A stretch of DNA of 64,000 bases from an uncultured delta proteobacterium (GCA_963717005.1 OY970324.1:658937-722936), one strand, 5' to 3'; counted from the first letter of the stretch, positions 1 to 10,050 are shown. The notes: generated by a model from the sequence alone, not told the origin. Program-made: numbers and translations.

Positions 1-1
1 G

Positions 2-241
2 ATCATGACGCATCCAAAGTTTTTGAAGGGCGACTTCGACACGAATTTCATCAACCACGAATACCATCCGAATGAAAACGGCGCGGTGCCGAGCGGCGCC
101 GAGCTGGCGGCGATTTTTCTCGCGGCGATCGCGGCGCAAAAAAACACCAATCACAGCAACGGCGCCGGCGCGCAGCCGGCCGCCGCGCCCAACGGGTCCG
201 CATGGCGGATGCTCGGGCGGCTCGACATGCTGCGGAGATAG
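2..241 (+). CDS. Biotin carboxylase subunit of an acyl-CoA (likely propionyl-CoA) carboxylase, C-terminal part (5'-truncated by window edge)
   Basis: IMTHPKFLKGDFDTNFI matches the biotin carboxylase C-terminal motif; lies directly upstream of a biotin carrier and methylmalonyl-CoA mutase. Confidence 0.75.
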   Translation: MMTHPKFLKGDFDTNFINHEYHPNENGAVPSGAELAAIFLAAIAAQKNTNHSNGAGAQPAAAPNGSAWRMLGRLDMLRR

Positions 242-256
242 GCGGGACTTCGACCG

Positions 257-760
257 ATGCGCTACCTCGCGATTCTTGACGGCAACGAACACGAAATCGA
301 GATTGAAGAACTCGGCGCGGACTCGTTCTCGATAACTTTTGGTAAGAATCGATTCGATGCCGATCTGCGCAGGGTCGGCCCCGTTTCGTTTTCGGTGATC
401 GTCGATAGTCGTTCATTCGATTTCGACGTCGCCCGCGACGGCGAGGAAACCGTGGTCGCATCGCGCAGCGGATCGACGCGGTTGACTGTCGCCGACGCCG
501 CGCGCAGAACGGCGCGCGCGGCCGGCAAGCGGCGCGAGGTGAGCGGCCGCGTTGAAATCAAATCCGCGATGCCGGGACGCGTCGTCAACGTGCTGGTCGC
601 GGTGGGAGACGAGGTCAAAGCGGCGCAGGGAATCATCGTGGTCGAAGCGATGAAGATGGAAAACGAAGTCAAATCGCCCAAAGCCGGCAAGGTCGTGGAA
701 GTGAAGGTGGCCGCGGGCCAGGCGGTCGAGAAGGGCCAACTCATGATCGTGGTCGAGTAA
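257..760 (+). CDS. Biotin carboxyl carrier protein (biotin/lipoyl attachment domain)
   Basis: EAMKMENE biotinylation motif; SAMPGRVV...V..GD.V and [10 protein letters not shown] signatures. Confidence 0.92.
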   Translation: MRYLAILDGNEHEIEIEELGADSFSITFGKNRFDADLRRVGPVSFSVIVDSRSFDFDVARDGEETVVASRSGSTRLTVADAARRTARAAGKRREVSGRVEIKSAMPGRVVNVLVAVGDEVKAAQGIIVVEAMKMENEVKSPKAGKVVEVKVAAGQAVEKGQLMIVVE

Positions 761-765
761 AGACA

Positions 766-2439
766 ATGCCTGAAGACGATCGAAAAATCGCGGAGGCCCG
801 CAAGAATTGGGAGGAGCGCAAGCTCAGCCCTTCGCTCAAGCGCGGCGCCGAGCGCAAGGAAAAATTCGTCACCAGCTCGGGAATCGAGGTCAAGCGCGAG
901 TACGACCCCGAAGACTTGAGCGATCTCGATTTCGTCAACGACCTCGGCTTTCCCGGCGAGTATCCCTTCACGCGCGGCGTGCAGCCGACGATGTATCGCG
1001 GGCGGCTGTGGACGATGCGCCAGTACGCCGGCTTCGGCAGCGCGGAGGAATCGAACCGCCGCTATCGCTACCTCTTCGAGCAGGGGCAGACGGGACTGTC
1101 GGTCGCCTTCGATTTGCCCACGCAGATGGGCCGCGACTCCGATCATCCGCTGGCCGACGGCGAAGTCGGGCGCGTCGGCGTGCCGATATGCTCGCTGGCC
1201 GATATGGACGTGCTGCTGTCCGAGCTGCCGCTCGACAAGATTTCGACCTCGATGACGATCAACTCGACGGCGTCGATCCTGCTGGCGCTCTACCTGGTCG
1301 TGGCGGAGCGGCGCGGCGTCAGCTGGAGCAAGGTCAACGGCACGATTCAGAACGACGTCCTGAAGGAATACGTGGCGCGCGGGACGTACATCTATCCGCC
1401 GCGCGGCTCGATGCGGATTATCACCGATATTTTCAGTTTCGCGACGAAGGAAGTTCCGAACTGGAATACGATTTCGATCTCCGGCTACCACATCCGCGAG
1501 GCCGGCTCGACCGCGGCGCAGGAACTGGCGTTTACGATTGCCGACGGGATCGCGTACGTCGATGCGGCGCTGAAGGCGGGACTGCAAATCGACGCGTTCG
1601 CGAGCCGCCTGTCATTCTTCTTCAACGTGCACAATAATTTCTTCGAGGAAGTCGCGAAGTTCCGCGCGGCGCGGCGGCTGTGGGCGAAGATAATGAAGGA
1701 GCGCTTCGGAGCAAAGGACGAACGCTCGATGATGATGCGGTTTCACGCGCAGACCGCGGGCTCGACGCTCACCGCGCAGCAAGTGGACAACAACGTAGTG
1801 CGGGTGACGATGCAGGCGCTGGCGGCGGTGCTGGGCGGAGCGCAATCGCTGCACACGAACTCCAAGGACGAGGCGCTCGCGCTGCCGACCGAGTCGTCGG
1901 TGCTGCTCGCGCTGCGCACGCAGCAGCTTATCGCGCACGAGTCGGACGTCGCGGACACGATCGATCCGCTCGGCGGATCCTACTACGTCGAGCGGCTGAC
2001 GAACGAGCTCGAAAAAAAGGCGGTCGAGTACCTGGCGAAAATCGACGATTTCGGCGGCGCGGTCGCGGCGATCGAGCGCGGCTACATGCAGCGCGAAATC
2101 CAGAACGCGGCATTCATTTACCAGCGCGAGATTGAAACCGGGCAGCGAATTATCGTAGGGGTCAATCAGTTTACCGGAGGCGGCGAACCGCCGGGGGAAA
2201 TTCTGCGGGTCAAGCCGGAGCTCGAGGCGAAACAGAAGGCGGGGGTAGCGCGGGTGCGGGCGGAACGAAACGCGGAGACAGCGAAAAAGGCGTGCGCGCG
2301 AGTCGAGGTGGCGGCGCGCGACGGGAGTAATCTGATGCCGCCGATCGTCGATGCGGTGCGCGGATGGTGCACGCTTGGGGAAATCTCGGACGCGATGCGC
2401 AAGGTGTTCGGCGAGTATTCGCCGGTAAATACCGTGTAG
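766..2439 (+). CDS. mcmA: Methylmalonyl-CoA mutase, substrate-binding (large) subunit of a split enzyme
   Basis: [64 protein letters not shown] Tyr and REAG Arg are the methylmalonyl-type specificity residues. No B12-binding DxHxxG domain in this chain. Confidence 0.93.
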   Translation: MPEDDRKIAEARKNWEERKLSPSLKRGAERKEKFVTSSGIEVKREYDPEDLSDLDFVNDLGFPGEYPFTRGVQPTMYRGRLWTMRQYAGFGSAEESNRRYRYLFEQGQTGLSVAFDLPTQMGRDSDHPLADGEVGRVGVPICSLADMDVLLSELPLDKISTSMTINSTASILLALYLVVAERRGVSWSKVNGTIQNDVLKEYVARGTYIYPPRGSMRIITDIFSFATKEVPNWNTISISGYHIREAGSTAAQELAFTIADGIAYVDAALKAGLQIDAFASRLSFFFNVHNNFFEEVAKFRAARRLWAKIMKERFGAKDERSMMMRFHAQTAGSTLTAQQVDNNVVRVTMQALAAVLGGAQSLHTNSKDEALALPTESSVLLALRTQQLIAHESDVADTIDPLGGSYYVERLTNELEKKAVEYLAKIDDFGGAVAAIERGYMQREIQNAAFIYQREIETGQRIIVGVNQFTGGGEPPGEILRVKPELEAKQKAGVARVRAERNAETAKKACARVEVAARDGSNLMPPIVDAVRGWCTLGEISDAMRKVFGEYSPVNTV

Positions 2440-2577
2440 CGTTTGGCGGGCGGATTCGTATAAAAGAAACGGAATCGGAAAGGGGCGGCGCGCGGCCGAT
2501 TTCATGAGCGTCGCAAACCAACTGGGGACGTGAAAATTAGCCGCGGCAACCCGCGCAATCCAGCGGAGAGAACGTAG

Positions 2578-3141
2578 ATGGGGCCGATCCCGAAGGGGAC
2601 ATTTTTAACCAAAGGCGTGGGGCGGCATCGCGAGAAGCTGACTTCTTTCGAGCTGGCGCTGCGGTCCGCGGGAATCGCCGAGTTCAACCTCGTGCGCGTC
2701 AAGTCGATTTTCCCACCCAACTGCAAATTGCTCAGCCAGCAGGAAGGATTGAAGTACCTGACGCCGGGGCAGATCGTTTTTGCGGTGATGAGCGACAATG
2801 CGACCAACGAACCGCATCGGCTGATAGCGTCGTCGGTGGGCGTCGCGCTGCCGAGCAATCCGGTGCAGTACGGATACCTGTCGGAGCATCACAGCACGGG
2901 CGAAACGGATCAGAAGGCAGGTGACTACGCGGAGGATCTGGCGGCGATGATGCTGGCGACGATACTCGGCGTCGATTTCGATCCGAATCTCAGTTACGAC
3001 GAGCGCAAGGACCTGTGGCGCATGTCGGACAAGATCGTGACGACGCGCAACGTCACGCAGTCGGCGATCGGCGATCGCGACGGGCTGTGGTCGTCGGTGG
3101 TCGCCGCTGCGGTCTTCGTCGATATCCCCAACGGCAAGTAG
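2578..3141 (+). CDS. pdaD: Pyruvoyl-dependent arginine decarboxylase proenzyme
   Basis: FLTKGVG.H.EKLTSFELALR.AGI..FNLV.V.SIFPP and GYLSEHH family motifs; cleavage site reads K-S rather than the usual S-S. Confidence 0.85.
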   Translation: MGPIPKGTFLTKGVGRHREKLTSFELALRSAGIAEFNLVRVKSIFPPNCKLLSQQEGLKYLTPGQIVFAVMSDNATNEPHRLIASSVGVALPSNPVQYGYLSEHHSTGETDQKAGDYAEDLAAMMLATILGVDFDPNLSYDERKDLWRMSDKIVTTRNVTQSAIGDRDGLWSSVVAAAVFVDIPNGK

Positions 3142-3207
3142 GTCGTCACCGATCTCATACATATCGCCCAATCAAATTTCGCACGATTAGACTCGCGAGC
3201 AACCACG

Positions 3208-4151
3208 GTGAAGGAGAATATTCTCATCTTTGGCGGCCGCGGGAGTCCTAAGCTGACGCTCAAGATTTGTGAGTACTTGCGGGTGAGGGCCGGTGCGGGG
3301 GAAGTGCTGCGCTTCTCGGATGGGAATCTGTTCGTCCGGGTCAAGGAAAACGTGCGCGGGCGGCGCGTCTATCTCGTGCAATCGACCGTCTTCCCGACCA
3401 ATGACAATTTCATGGAACTGCTCTTCTGGATCGACGCCTTGAAGCGTGCCAGCGCCGAGTCGGTCACGGTTGTAATGCCTTATTTCAGCTATGCGAAAGG
3501 GGACAAGAAGGACGAACCCAGAGTTTCAATCCGTGCCCGCGTATGTGCCGATGCTATTGAAGCCGCCGGCGCCGACCGCGTGGTGACGCTGGACTTGCAC
3601 GCGCCCCAGATCCAGGGCTTCTTCCGGATCCCGGTTGACGACCTTTACGCCCTTCCGGTGCTGGGTGAAAAGATCGCCCGCAAAAACTGGCAGACCTGGT
3701 CGTCGTCTCTCCTGACACGGGCTTCGCGAAGCAAGCACGCAAATTTGCCTCATTCCTCGGGACCTCGCTTGCCATCGCGAATAAGCAACGCAAGGCGCAC
3801 GACGAGCGCGCCGAGGTTCTTGAGATCATCGGAGAGGTGCGTGACAAGACTGCCTTGATTGTCGACGACTTCACGATCTCCGCCGGTACACTGGCCGACG
3901 CCGCGGAGAAACTCATCGAGCGCGGTGCAAAGGCGGTATATGCGGCAGTGTCCCACGGGGTCTTCAGCGGCGCCTCGATGGAGCGGCTCGACCGAAGTCC
4001 GATTCAAAGCCTTCTAATGACGGATTCAATCGAAACCCAGCCGGTGGCGCTCTCGCCGAAGGTCGAGGTTGTTTCCGTGGCACCGCTTTTCGGTGAAGCG
4101 ATTCGCCGCATCCACAATCGCGAAAGCATCAGCAACCTGTTCCCAGCGTGA
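3208..4151 (+). pseudogene. prs: Ribose-phosphate pyrophosphokinase, frameshifted in this sequence (possibly a sequencing error)
   Basis: FSDGNLFV, PYFSYAKGDK, LDLHAPQIQGFF in frame 1. After the A5 run at 3682-3686 the protein continues in another frame as LADLVVVSPDTGFAKQARKFA...IVDDFTISAGTL...SHGVFS to the stop at 4151. Confidence 0.9.
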
Positions 4152-4212
4152 ACCTGTGCTTCATGCTGCGCGCTGCCTCCTGCAAACGAGGGCGACAAAC
4201 GACGACGGTCGT

Positions 4213-4241
4213 TTGAACGACGCGCGAGCGGCGGGTAGGCT
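4213..4241 (+). promoter_or_regulatory. Sigma70-like promoter TTGAAC-N17-TAGGCT; ATG follows 6 nt after the -10 box (likely leaderless)
   Basis: -35 at 4213-4218, -10 at 4236-4241, ATG at 4248, no Shine-Dalgarno sequence. Confidence 0.55.
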
Positions 4242-4247
4242 CTAACT

Positions 4248-4550
4248 ATGGCGACAGAAATTCTCTACTGCTCGGCTTGAGGCTACAAGCCACGCGCGGC
4301 CAGTCTGGCCGCATCATTGGATTCCAGGTTCGGCGAGAAGGCGAACATCACGCCCGGCAAGTCGGGTCAGTTCGACGTGATCGTGAACGGAAGGCTGGCC
4401 TTTTCGAAATCGAGCACCGGCCGATTCCCGGTTGAGGGCGAAGTCGAGGAAATTTTCGCCGCGCTCAAGGAAGGCCGCGAGCCGGCGCCGGTCGAAATAA
4501 AAAAACCGGAGGGCTTCGTCAGTCGTATCCTCGACAAGCTCAGGAACTGA
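4248..4550 (+). CDS. SelW/SelT/SelH (Rdx family) selenoprotein with CxxU motif (100 aa, Sec at residue 11)
   Basis: MATEILYCSA-TGA(4278-4280)-GYKPRAASLA continues in frame into ORF 4317-4550, which has the Rdx features G..GQFDV.V.G.L.FSK...GRFP..GEV; SECIS-like hairpin downstream. Confidence 0.88.
4296..4312 (+). promoter_or_regulatory. Putative bacterial SECIS hairpin (GCGGCCA-GTC-TGGCCGC)
   Basis: Perfect 7-bp stem; G-leading loop 22 nt after the UGA, within the range known for bacterial SECIS elements. Confidence 0.65.
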
Positions 4551-4562
4551 ACTTCGATCCGC

Positions 4563-5660
4563 CTATGGATGCATGTCGAGGAATTCCTTGAAGCCGCTGC
4601 GTTCGTGCGGCCCGAGGATTGCCATCTCGAGAATTCCCATCCCTTCGCGCGAACCCATTTTTGCCTGGCACACCGCCTGGATGTGCTGATGCATCAGGTC
4701 GCGTTCGTTGACGTCGGCGGTTTTGAACGACTCGTAGGTTGAGGCGTCGGGCCCGACATACATTCCGTGGCCCCACTTGGGATGAAAGTAGCCGATGCCC
4801 TGCATGTAGAAGTTGTACAGTGTCTTTAGCTCGATGCGGCTTTCGCCGGCGCGAGGACTCCGCAAAATTATCTCGGCGCTCTTCGCGTGTCGCGTGCCAG
4901 AGGCATAGTTGATGTTGAAATCCACGCCAGTTGCGAGGTCCAGCGGGGCGCCAGGCTCCGCGCGCGTGACGGCGCCGAACTGATGCCAGCGCGAACCGTC
5001 GGCATTTTCGTTGCAATCGGAATGCGTGCAGACATCCTCGAAATTGGTCGGCGACCACAGCCAGTAAAACTGGCCCATCACGGGCGTCGGCGATGGCACT
5101 CCAGCGGGATCCTGCGGGCCGATTCCGCGCACGCCCCACGAGCGGTCGCGCGAACCCCAGACTCGCGCCGGGGTTGCATCGTAAGTCTTGCCGGCGACGG
5201 TCAGGCTGCCGCTGTAGCCGCCGTGCTGCGTGAAGCGCGTCAGGTCCATGATGAGCCGCGGGCCGGCGCGGCGCGAAAAGCGCGGCTCCTCGATTGCGTC
5301 GGCGCGCGCTTCGAACATCAGGTCGGCCTTGACCGCTTCGTGATTGACGCGCAGCCGCATCGAGCGCATCGGGCGCACGATCTCGATCGAGATGGGACCG
5401 ACGCGCGTATCCATCCGCTCGGCGCCGAGCACTCGCGACGCGCGCACGCAATGCTGCACACCGCCGGCGATAACGCTGAACGCGCAATCGATAATTCCGA
5501 CGTTCGGATAAATTCCCATCGCGACGGCGAAGTACGGCTCGCCCTCGCGAAAGTAACCGTTGAAAAAGAATCGATCGTAAAAGTTGCGGTCGCTGGTGAA
5601 GACCTGCTGAACCGGCTCCGGCGTTTGATGAATCGGATAGTCGTCGCCCTGCGTGATCAT
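4563..5660 (-). CDS. Conserved hypothetical protein, aromatic- and beta-strand-rich (possibly tocopherol-cyclase/CrtC-like fold)
   Basis: 365-aa ORF with RBS (GAGGAG); DDYPIHQTP, FYDRFFFNGY and RDRSWGVR segments look like a conserved family; fold assignment is a guess. Confidence 0.6.
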   Translation of the reverse strand: MITQGDDYPIHQTPEPVQQVFTSDRNFYDRFFFNGYFREGEPYFAVAMGIYPNVGIIDCAFSVIAGGVQHCVRASRVLGAERMDTRVGPISIEIVRPMRSMRLRVNHEAVKADLMFEARADAIEEPRFSRRAGPRLIMDLTRFTQHGGYSGSLTVAGKTYDATPARVWGSRDRSWGVRGIGPQDPAGVPSPTPVMGQFYWLWSPTNFEDVCTHSDCNENADGSRWHQFGAVTRAEPGAPLDLATGVDFNINYASGTRHAKSAEIILRSPRAGESRIELKTLYNFYMQGIGYFHPKWGHGMYVGPDASTYESFKTADVNERDLMHQHIQAVCQAKMGSREGMGILEMAILGPHERSGFKEFLDMHP

Positions 5661-5721
5661 GGTTAGCTCCTCATCCTGATTGTTCGATCATAGTCGATAT
5701 CGCGCACCTTTGTCGCTCATC

Positions 5722-7317
5722 CTACTCAGGATGCGGCGCAAGCCACACGTGCTCGAAGCGCGTGGGACGCATCGGATTGATTACGTAGTCGTGCACCCAC
5801 GGCTGGCGGATTATGTAGGTCACCGGGTAGTAGAGAAAAACCCAGGGCGCGTCGGCGACGACGATTTTCTCGGCCTGGTCGTAGAGTGCGTAGCGCTTTT
5901 TCATGTCGGCGATCGGCTCGGCCTCGCGCAGAAGCTGCTCGACCTGGGGATTGGAGTAGAAGCTGTCGTTGTTGGAACCCCACTGCGCGCGTGAGAGCAG
6001 CGCGCCGAGAAAATTTTCGGGGTCGGGAAAGTCGGCCTCCCATCCCTGCATGTACGCCTGCACCGTTTGCGGCTGGCGAATCGCTTCGAGGAACGGACCC
6101 CACGCGACCGGCTTGAGCTTTACATGGATTCCGAGCGGCGCGAGATCCTGCTGGATCGATTGCGCAAGCATCAGGATTGTCTGATCGGCGCGCATCCAGA
6201 TTTCAAAGTCGAAACCGCGCGCGAGATGTGCTTCTTCGAGCAGAGCGCGCGCTTTCGCCGGGTCGTAGTCGTAACCCTTGAGATCGGGATCGTAGCCGGG
6301 CAGGTTCGGCGGCATGACGCCGCGCGCGACGACGCCGCGCCCGTTCAAAATCGCGATCAGCTTGTGGCGATCGATCGCATAACTGAGCGCGCGGCGCACG
6401 CGAACGTCGGTGAACGGCCACATCTGGCAGTTCATGCCGAGATAGCGGGTCGTGACGGTGATTTTCGCCAGGGTCAAAGCTCGCAGCGCGGGAGTTTTCA
6501 TGACGTACGGGAATTCGGCCGGCGGAATATCGACCACGGCGTCGATTTGGCCCGCGTCGAAGCGCAGCCATTGCAGCTCCTGGTTGACGCCGACCGACTC
6601 GACGATCGCGTCGAGATGGGGCAGCGGTTTGGCGAAGTAGTACGGATTTTTAACCAGCACGAGCCGCTGGCCGCTGATCCAATCGCGCAGCATGAAGGCG
6701 CCGCTGCCGACGACGTGACGCGAAAAGTCGTCGCCCCATTTCTCGGCAACGTCGCGCGGAATCGCCGACGCAAACGGCATCGCAAGCTTGTGTCCGAAGA
6801 TCGGATCGGGCGCGCTCAAGTGGAAAACAATAGTCGTGCGGTCAGGCGTCTCGATTCCACTGACATGCGCGGAGCGATGCGCGGCGAAGTCGGCCGCGCC
6901 CACGATCCCCTGGTAGTACTCCATCCCTTTGGAACGGGTGGCGGGATTCAGCACGCGCTCGATTCCATAGCGAAAGTCGTCGCTGGTCACGGTTCGTCCG
7001 TCGGAAAAGCGGGCGTCGGCGCGCAAGTGAAATGTGAAAGTCGTCGCGTCAGGTGAGCTTTCCCAAGTGGTTGCGATATCGGGTTCGAGCTCGATGTTGC
7101 CGTCGCCGTAGCGCACGAGCGTATCGAAGATTGCCTGCTCGAAAGTCCAGGAGACCGTGTCGTAGCCGGCGGCGGGGTCGAGCGTTGGCACATCGTCGGC
7201 GTCAGCGAGCCGCAGCACCATCGCGTGTGGCGGCAAATTGAGCGGTGGAGGCCCGCCGCCGCACCCCGCGGCCACTAGAATCGCGAAGACGATCGGTACG
7301 ATTCTCCGACGGATCAT
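5722..7317 (-). CDS. Peptide/nickel ABC transporter substrate-binding lipoprotein (family 5)
   Basis: Start at ATG 7317 overlapping the upstream stop (ATGA); lipobox VAAGC; TLDPAAG, FHLRADARFSDG, VGSGAF motifs. Confidence 0.9.
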   Translation of the reverse strand: MIRRRIVPIVFAILVAAGCGGGPPPLNLPPHAMVLRLADADDVPTLDPAAGYDTVSWTFEQAIFDTLVRYGDGNIELEPDIATTWESSPDATTFTFHLRADARFSDGRTVTSDDFRYGIERVLNPATRSKGMEYYQGIVGAADFAAHRSAHVSGIETPDRTTIVFHLSAPDPIFGHKLAMPFASAIPRDVAEKWGDDFSRHVVGSGAFMLRDWISGQRLVLVKNPYYFAKPLPHLDAIVESVGVNQELQWLRFDAGQIDAVVDIPPAEFPYVMKTPALRALTLAKITVTTRYLGMNCQMWPFTDVRVRRALSYAIDRHKLIAILNGRGVVARGVMPPNLPGYDPDLKGYDYDPAKARALLEEAHLARGFDFEIWMRADQTILMLAQSIQQDLAPLGIHVKLKPVAWGPFLEAIRQPQTVQAYMQGWEADFPDPENFLGALLSRAQWGSNNDSFYSNPQVEQLLREAEPIADMKKRYALYDQAEKIVVADAPWVFLYYPVTYIIRQPWVHDYVINPMRPTRFEHVWLAPHPE

Positions 7318-8126
7318 TGCGAACGCCTGCGCAGAAATCCGTAGCCGAAAAGATTGAAGCCGAGCACCGCGTAGAAGATCGCGAGACCGGGAAAGGTCGC
7401 CAGCCATGGCGCGGTGCGGAAGTAGATCGTCGCCTCTTCGATCATACGGCCCCAACTCGGCGTTGGCGGCGGCACGCCGAGGCCGAGGAAGCTGAGGGCG
7501 GCGTCGAGCAGCAGGGTGTCGGAGGTTCTGAGCGCGGCCATCACGACGATGATCGGCAAGACGTTCGGCAGGATGTGCAATGCGATCACGCGGCGTGACG
7601 GCGCGCCCAGAGCTTCGGCACCAACGACGAAATCCCGGGTGGACATCGCAAGCGTTTCCGCGCGCACCACGCGAGCGATCGAGGTCCATGAGACGAGACC
7701 GATGACGATGAAGATGGTGCGCAGACTCGGGCCCAGCACCGCTACCAGAGCCATCGCGAGCAGCAGCGGCGGCAGCGACAGCATCAGGTCGGTAAAACGC
7801 ATGAGAATAAAATCGACCGCGCCGCCGAAGAATCCCGAGCACAGGCCGATGGCGATGCCGATGGTCATCGTGACGGCCATCGCGGCGACGCCGACGGTCA
7901 GCGAAATTCGGGCGCCGAAGATGATGCGCGAGAGCACGTCGCGGCCGAGCTCGTCGGTGCCCATCGGAAATGCGCGTGAGGGCGCGCCGGGATCGCCGAA
8001 GGTCGGTGCAACGACGATCGTGGGATCGTGCGGCGCGAGCATCGGGGCGAAGACCGCGACGATCACGAGCACCGTGACCATCGCCGCGCCGACGGTTTCG
8101 AGCGTCACGAAGCGGCGGAGATTCAT
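7314..8126 (-). CDS. Peptide ABC transporter permease (OppC/DppC-like)
   Basis: FPMGTDELGRDVLSRIIFGARISL; EAA loop FVVGAEALGA; start overlaps the oppB-like stop. Confidence 0.92.
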   Translation of the reverse strand: MNLRRFVTLETVGAAMVTVLVIVAVFAPMLAPHDPTIVVAPTFGDPGAPSRAFPMGTDELGRDVLSRIIFGARISLTVGVAAMAVTMTIGIAIGLCSGFFGGAVDFILMRFTDLMLSLPPLLLAMALVAVLGPSLRTIFIVIGLVSWTSIARVVRAETLAMSTRDFVVGAEALGAPSRRVIALHILPNVLPIIVVMAALRTSDTLLLDAALSFLGLGVPPPTPSWGRMIEEATIYFRTAPWLATFPGLAIFYAVLGFNLFGYGFLRRRSQ

Positions 8127-9052
8127 CCGGTCTCCGCCAGCCGAATGCGCGGATCGAGCCACGCGTAAAGCAGATCCACCAGCAGGTTGACGAGGACGAT
8201 CAGGAACGCGGAGAACAGCACGGTGCCCATGATCACCGGGATATCGAGATTGAAGATCGCATCGGCGGCGAGCCGGCCGATTCCCGGCCAATTGAAAACG
8301 GTCTCGGTGAGTACGACGCCCGAGAGCAGTCCCGCAAGATCGAGTCCGGCGAGCGTGACCAGCGGCAGCAGCGCGTTCGCCATCGCATGCTTGAGCATCA
8401 CGCGGACGCGCGAGAGACCCTTGCCGCGCGCGGTGCGGACGTAGTCCTGATCGAACGCGTCGCTGAGGCTCGTGTGCAGGACGCGCGAATAGTAGCCGGC
8501 CGAGCCGAGCGCGAGCGTCACCGTCGGCAGGATCAAACTCATGGGGCCGCTGTAACCGCCAAGCGGAAAAGAACGAAAGGTGGCGGCGACGGCGATCAAC
8601 AGCATCGTGCCGAGCCAAAACACCGGGATTGACACGAGCGCCAGCGATACGACGAGCAGTAGGTTGTCGGCGGCGCGGCCCCGATACGCGGCGGCTATCG
8701 CGCCCATCGCGATTCCAAGGATCAACGACAACGCCATCGCGGCGGCGGCCAGCACGGCGGTCGCGGGAAAGCGATCTGCGATAAGCGTCGTCACACTCTC
8801 GCGGCGGATATACGAGCGGCCGAGGTCGCCGTGAATCGCGCGATCGAGGTAGCGCGCATACTGGATGTAAACCGGCTGGTCGAGGCCCAATTCGCTCCGG
8901 ATGGTTGCGAGAGTTTGCGGATCGGCCTTCGCCCCGGCCATCGCAACCGCGGGATCGGCGGGAACCACGAACGCGATCGCGAAGGTGATGATCGAGGTTC
9001 CGATCAGGACCGCGGCGCCAAAGACGATTCGGCGGACGAGGTAGGCAAGCAT
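8123..9052 (-). CDS. Peptide ABC transporter permease (OppB/DppB-like)
   Basis: LGLDQP...QY..YL...HGDLGRS; QDYVRTARGKGL; VLTETVFNWPGIG. Confidence 0.93.
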   Translation of the reverse strand: MLAYLVRRIVFGAAVLIGTSIITFAIAFVVPADPAVAMAGAKADPQTLATIRSELGLDQPVYIQYARYLDRAIHGDLGRSYIRRESVTTLIADRFPATAVLAAAAMALSLILGIAMGAIAAAYRGRAADNLLLVVSLALVSIPVFWLGTMLLIAVAATFRSFPLGGYSGPMSLILPTVTLALGSAGYYSRVLHTSLSDAFDQDYVRTARGKGLSRVRVMLKHAMANALLPLVTLAGLDLAGLLSGVVLTETVFNWPGIGRLAADAIFNLDIPVIMGTVLFSAFLIVLVNLLVDLLYAWLDPRIRLAETG

Positions 9053-9055
9053 CGT

Positions 9056-9334
9056 TCAGCCGGCGACGATTGCGCGAGCGGCAAGCTCGCGGCGAAGCTG
9101 GAGTTCAGCGCGATCGCGATGGCGTCCGGCGGCGGCACTTTCTTCGCTGGATTCGAGCGCGGCGCGAGCCTCGGGCGCGAGCGTCGCGAGCACCGCCGAC
9201 ATTTCCGCGAACAATCGCTCGTCGTCAGCGCCGCGAGAATTGTCGGACCTTAGTGCGCGGTAGTGCGCGAGAAATGCGGCCAGCGATGAGTACGCAGGGA
9301 TTTTCACGCGAACAAGGTTAGCCTGCGGTTGCAC
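9056..9334 (-). CDS. Small hypothetical protein (start uncertain)
   Basis: 92-aa ORF fills the gap in a tightly packed minus-strand operon; helical composition. Confidence 0.5.
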   Translation of the reverse strand: MQPQANLVRVKIPAYSSLAAFLAHYRALRSDNSRGADDERLFAEMSAVLATLAPEARAALESSEESAAAGRHRDRAELQLRRELAARAIVAG

Positions 9335-10043
9335 CTAGTGGCGAGATCGCGAGTCCGATCAGATAGCCAGCTGCCGCCGCGGTCATCGCGATCGCCAGAA
9401 AGCGCAGGCCCGGCCGCCAGCGATCGACCCGATGCGCAAGCCAGCCCTCGAAGTATCCCACACCGAACAAGGTGAGCGCGGTGGCGCCGAGCGCGCCGCC
9501 CAGGTCGTAGCGCGGAACGCTGATCAACATGTACGGCAATAGCGGGACGAGCGCGCCGACGAGGAACGCGATTCCCATCACAATGCCGTCCAGGGCCGGC
9601 TTACCAAGTGACGGGCCGCTGAACCCGAACATCTTGGCCTCGGCGGTCGATTCAAGCGCCTTGGGCGAAGTGCTGAGCAGGCGCACGATGCGATATCCTG
9701 CCTCGCGACTGAGGCCTTCCTTGCACAGCTCGTCGAGCAGTCCTTCCTGTAGGGTGTACAGCTTGTCGGCCGCGTCCGCGCGCACGAGTTCGAGCTCAGC
9801 GTGCAGCACTTCAGTTTCGGCGCGCCCGCCCAGATAGGCTCCCGCGGCCATCGAGAGCGCACCGGCCGCAGTGGAAGCCAACGCGGCGAGCGCGACCTGT
9901 GAATGCTGCGAGACGGCGCCGCTGAGCCCGCAGAGCACACCCGCGGTCGTCAGCACGCCGTCCTGCACGCCGAAAACAATTTCGCGAATGCTCGACAGGC
10001 GCTCGAAGAGCCGTCGTTTTTCCGCGGGATCGACGGTGGCCAA
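9318..10043 (-). CDS. VIT1/CCC1 family Fe2+/Mn2+ transporter
   Basis: REIVFGVQDGVLT and GALSMAAGAYL motifs; N- and C-terminal TM blocks. Confidence 0.88.
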   Translation of the reverse strand: MATVDPAEKRRLFERLSSIREIVFGVQDGVLTTAGVLCGLSGAVSQHSQVALAALASTAAGALSMAAGAYLGGRAETEVLHAELELVRADAADKLYTLQEGLLDELCKEGLSREAGYRIVRLLSTSPKALESTAEAKMFGFSGPSLGKPALDGIVMGIAFLVGALVPLLPYMLISVPRYDLGGALGATALTLFGVGYFEGWLAHRVDRWRPGLRFLAIAMTAAAAGYLIGLAISPLGATAG

Positions 10044-10050
10044 GCTCGCC

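Noticed and set aside
2513-2556. GCAAACCA...GGGGACG stretch upstream of pdaD resembling a c-di-GMP-I riboswitch
   Set aside because: Lacks the GAAA tetraloop stem and a convincing second hairpin; an Rfam scan would be needed
5722-7842. 706-aa ORF as a single protein
   Set aside because: The first ~175 codons are an out-of-frame overlap with the OppC-like gene; the real SBP starts at ATG 7317 with a lipobox
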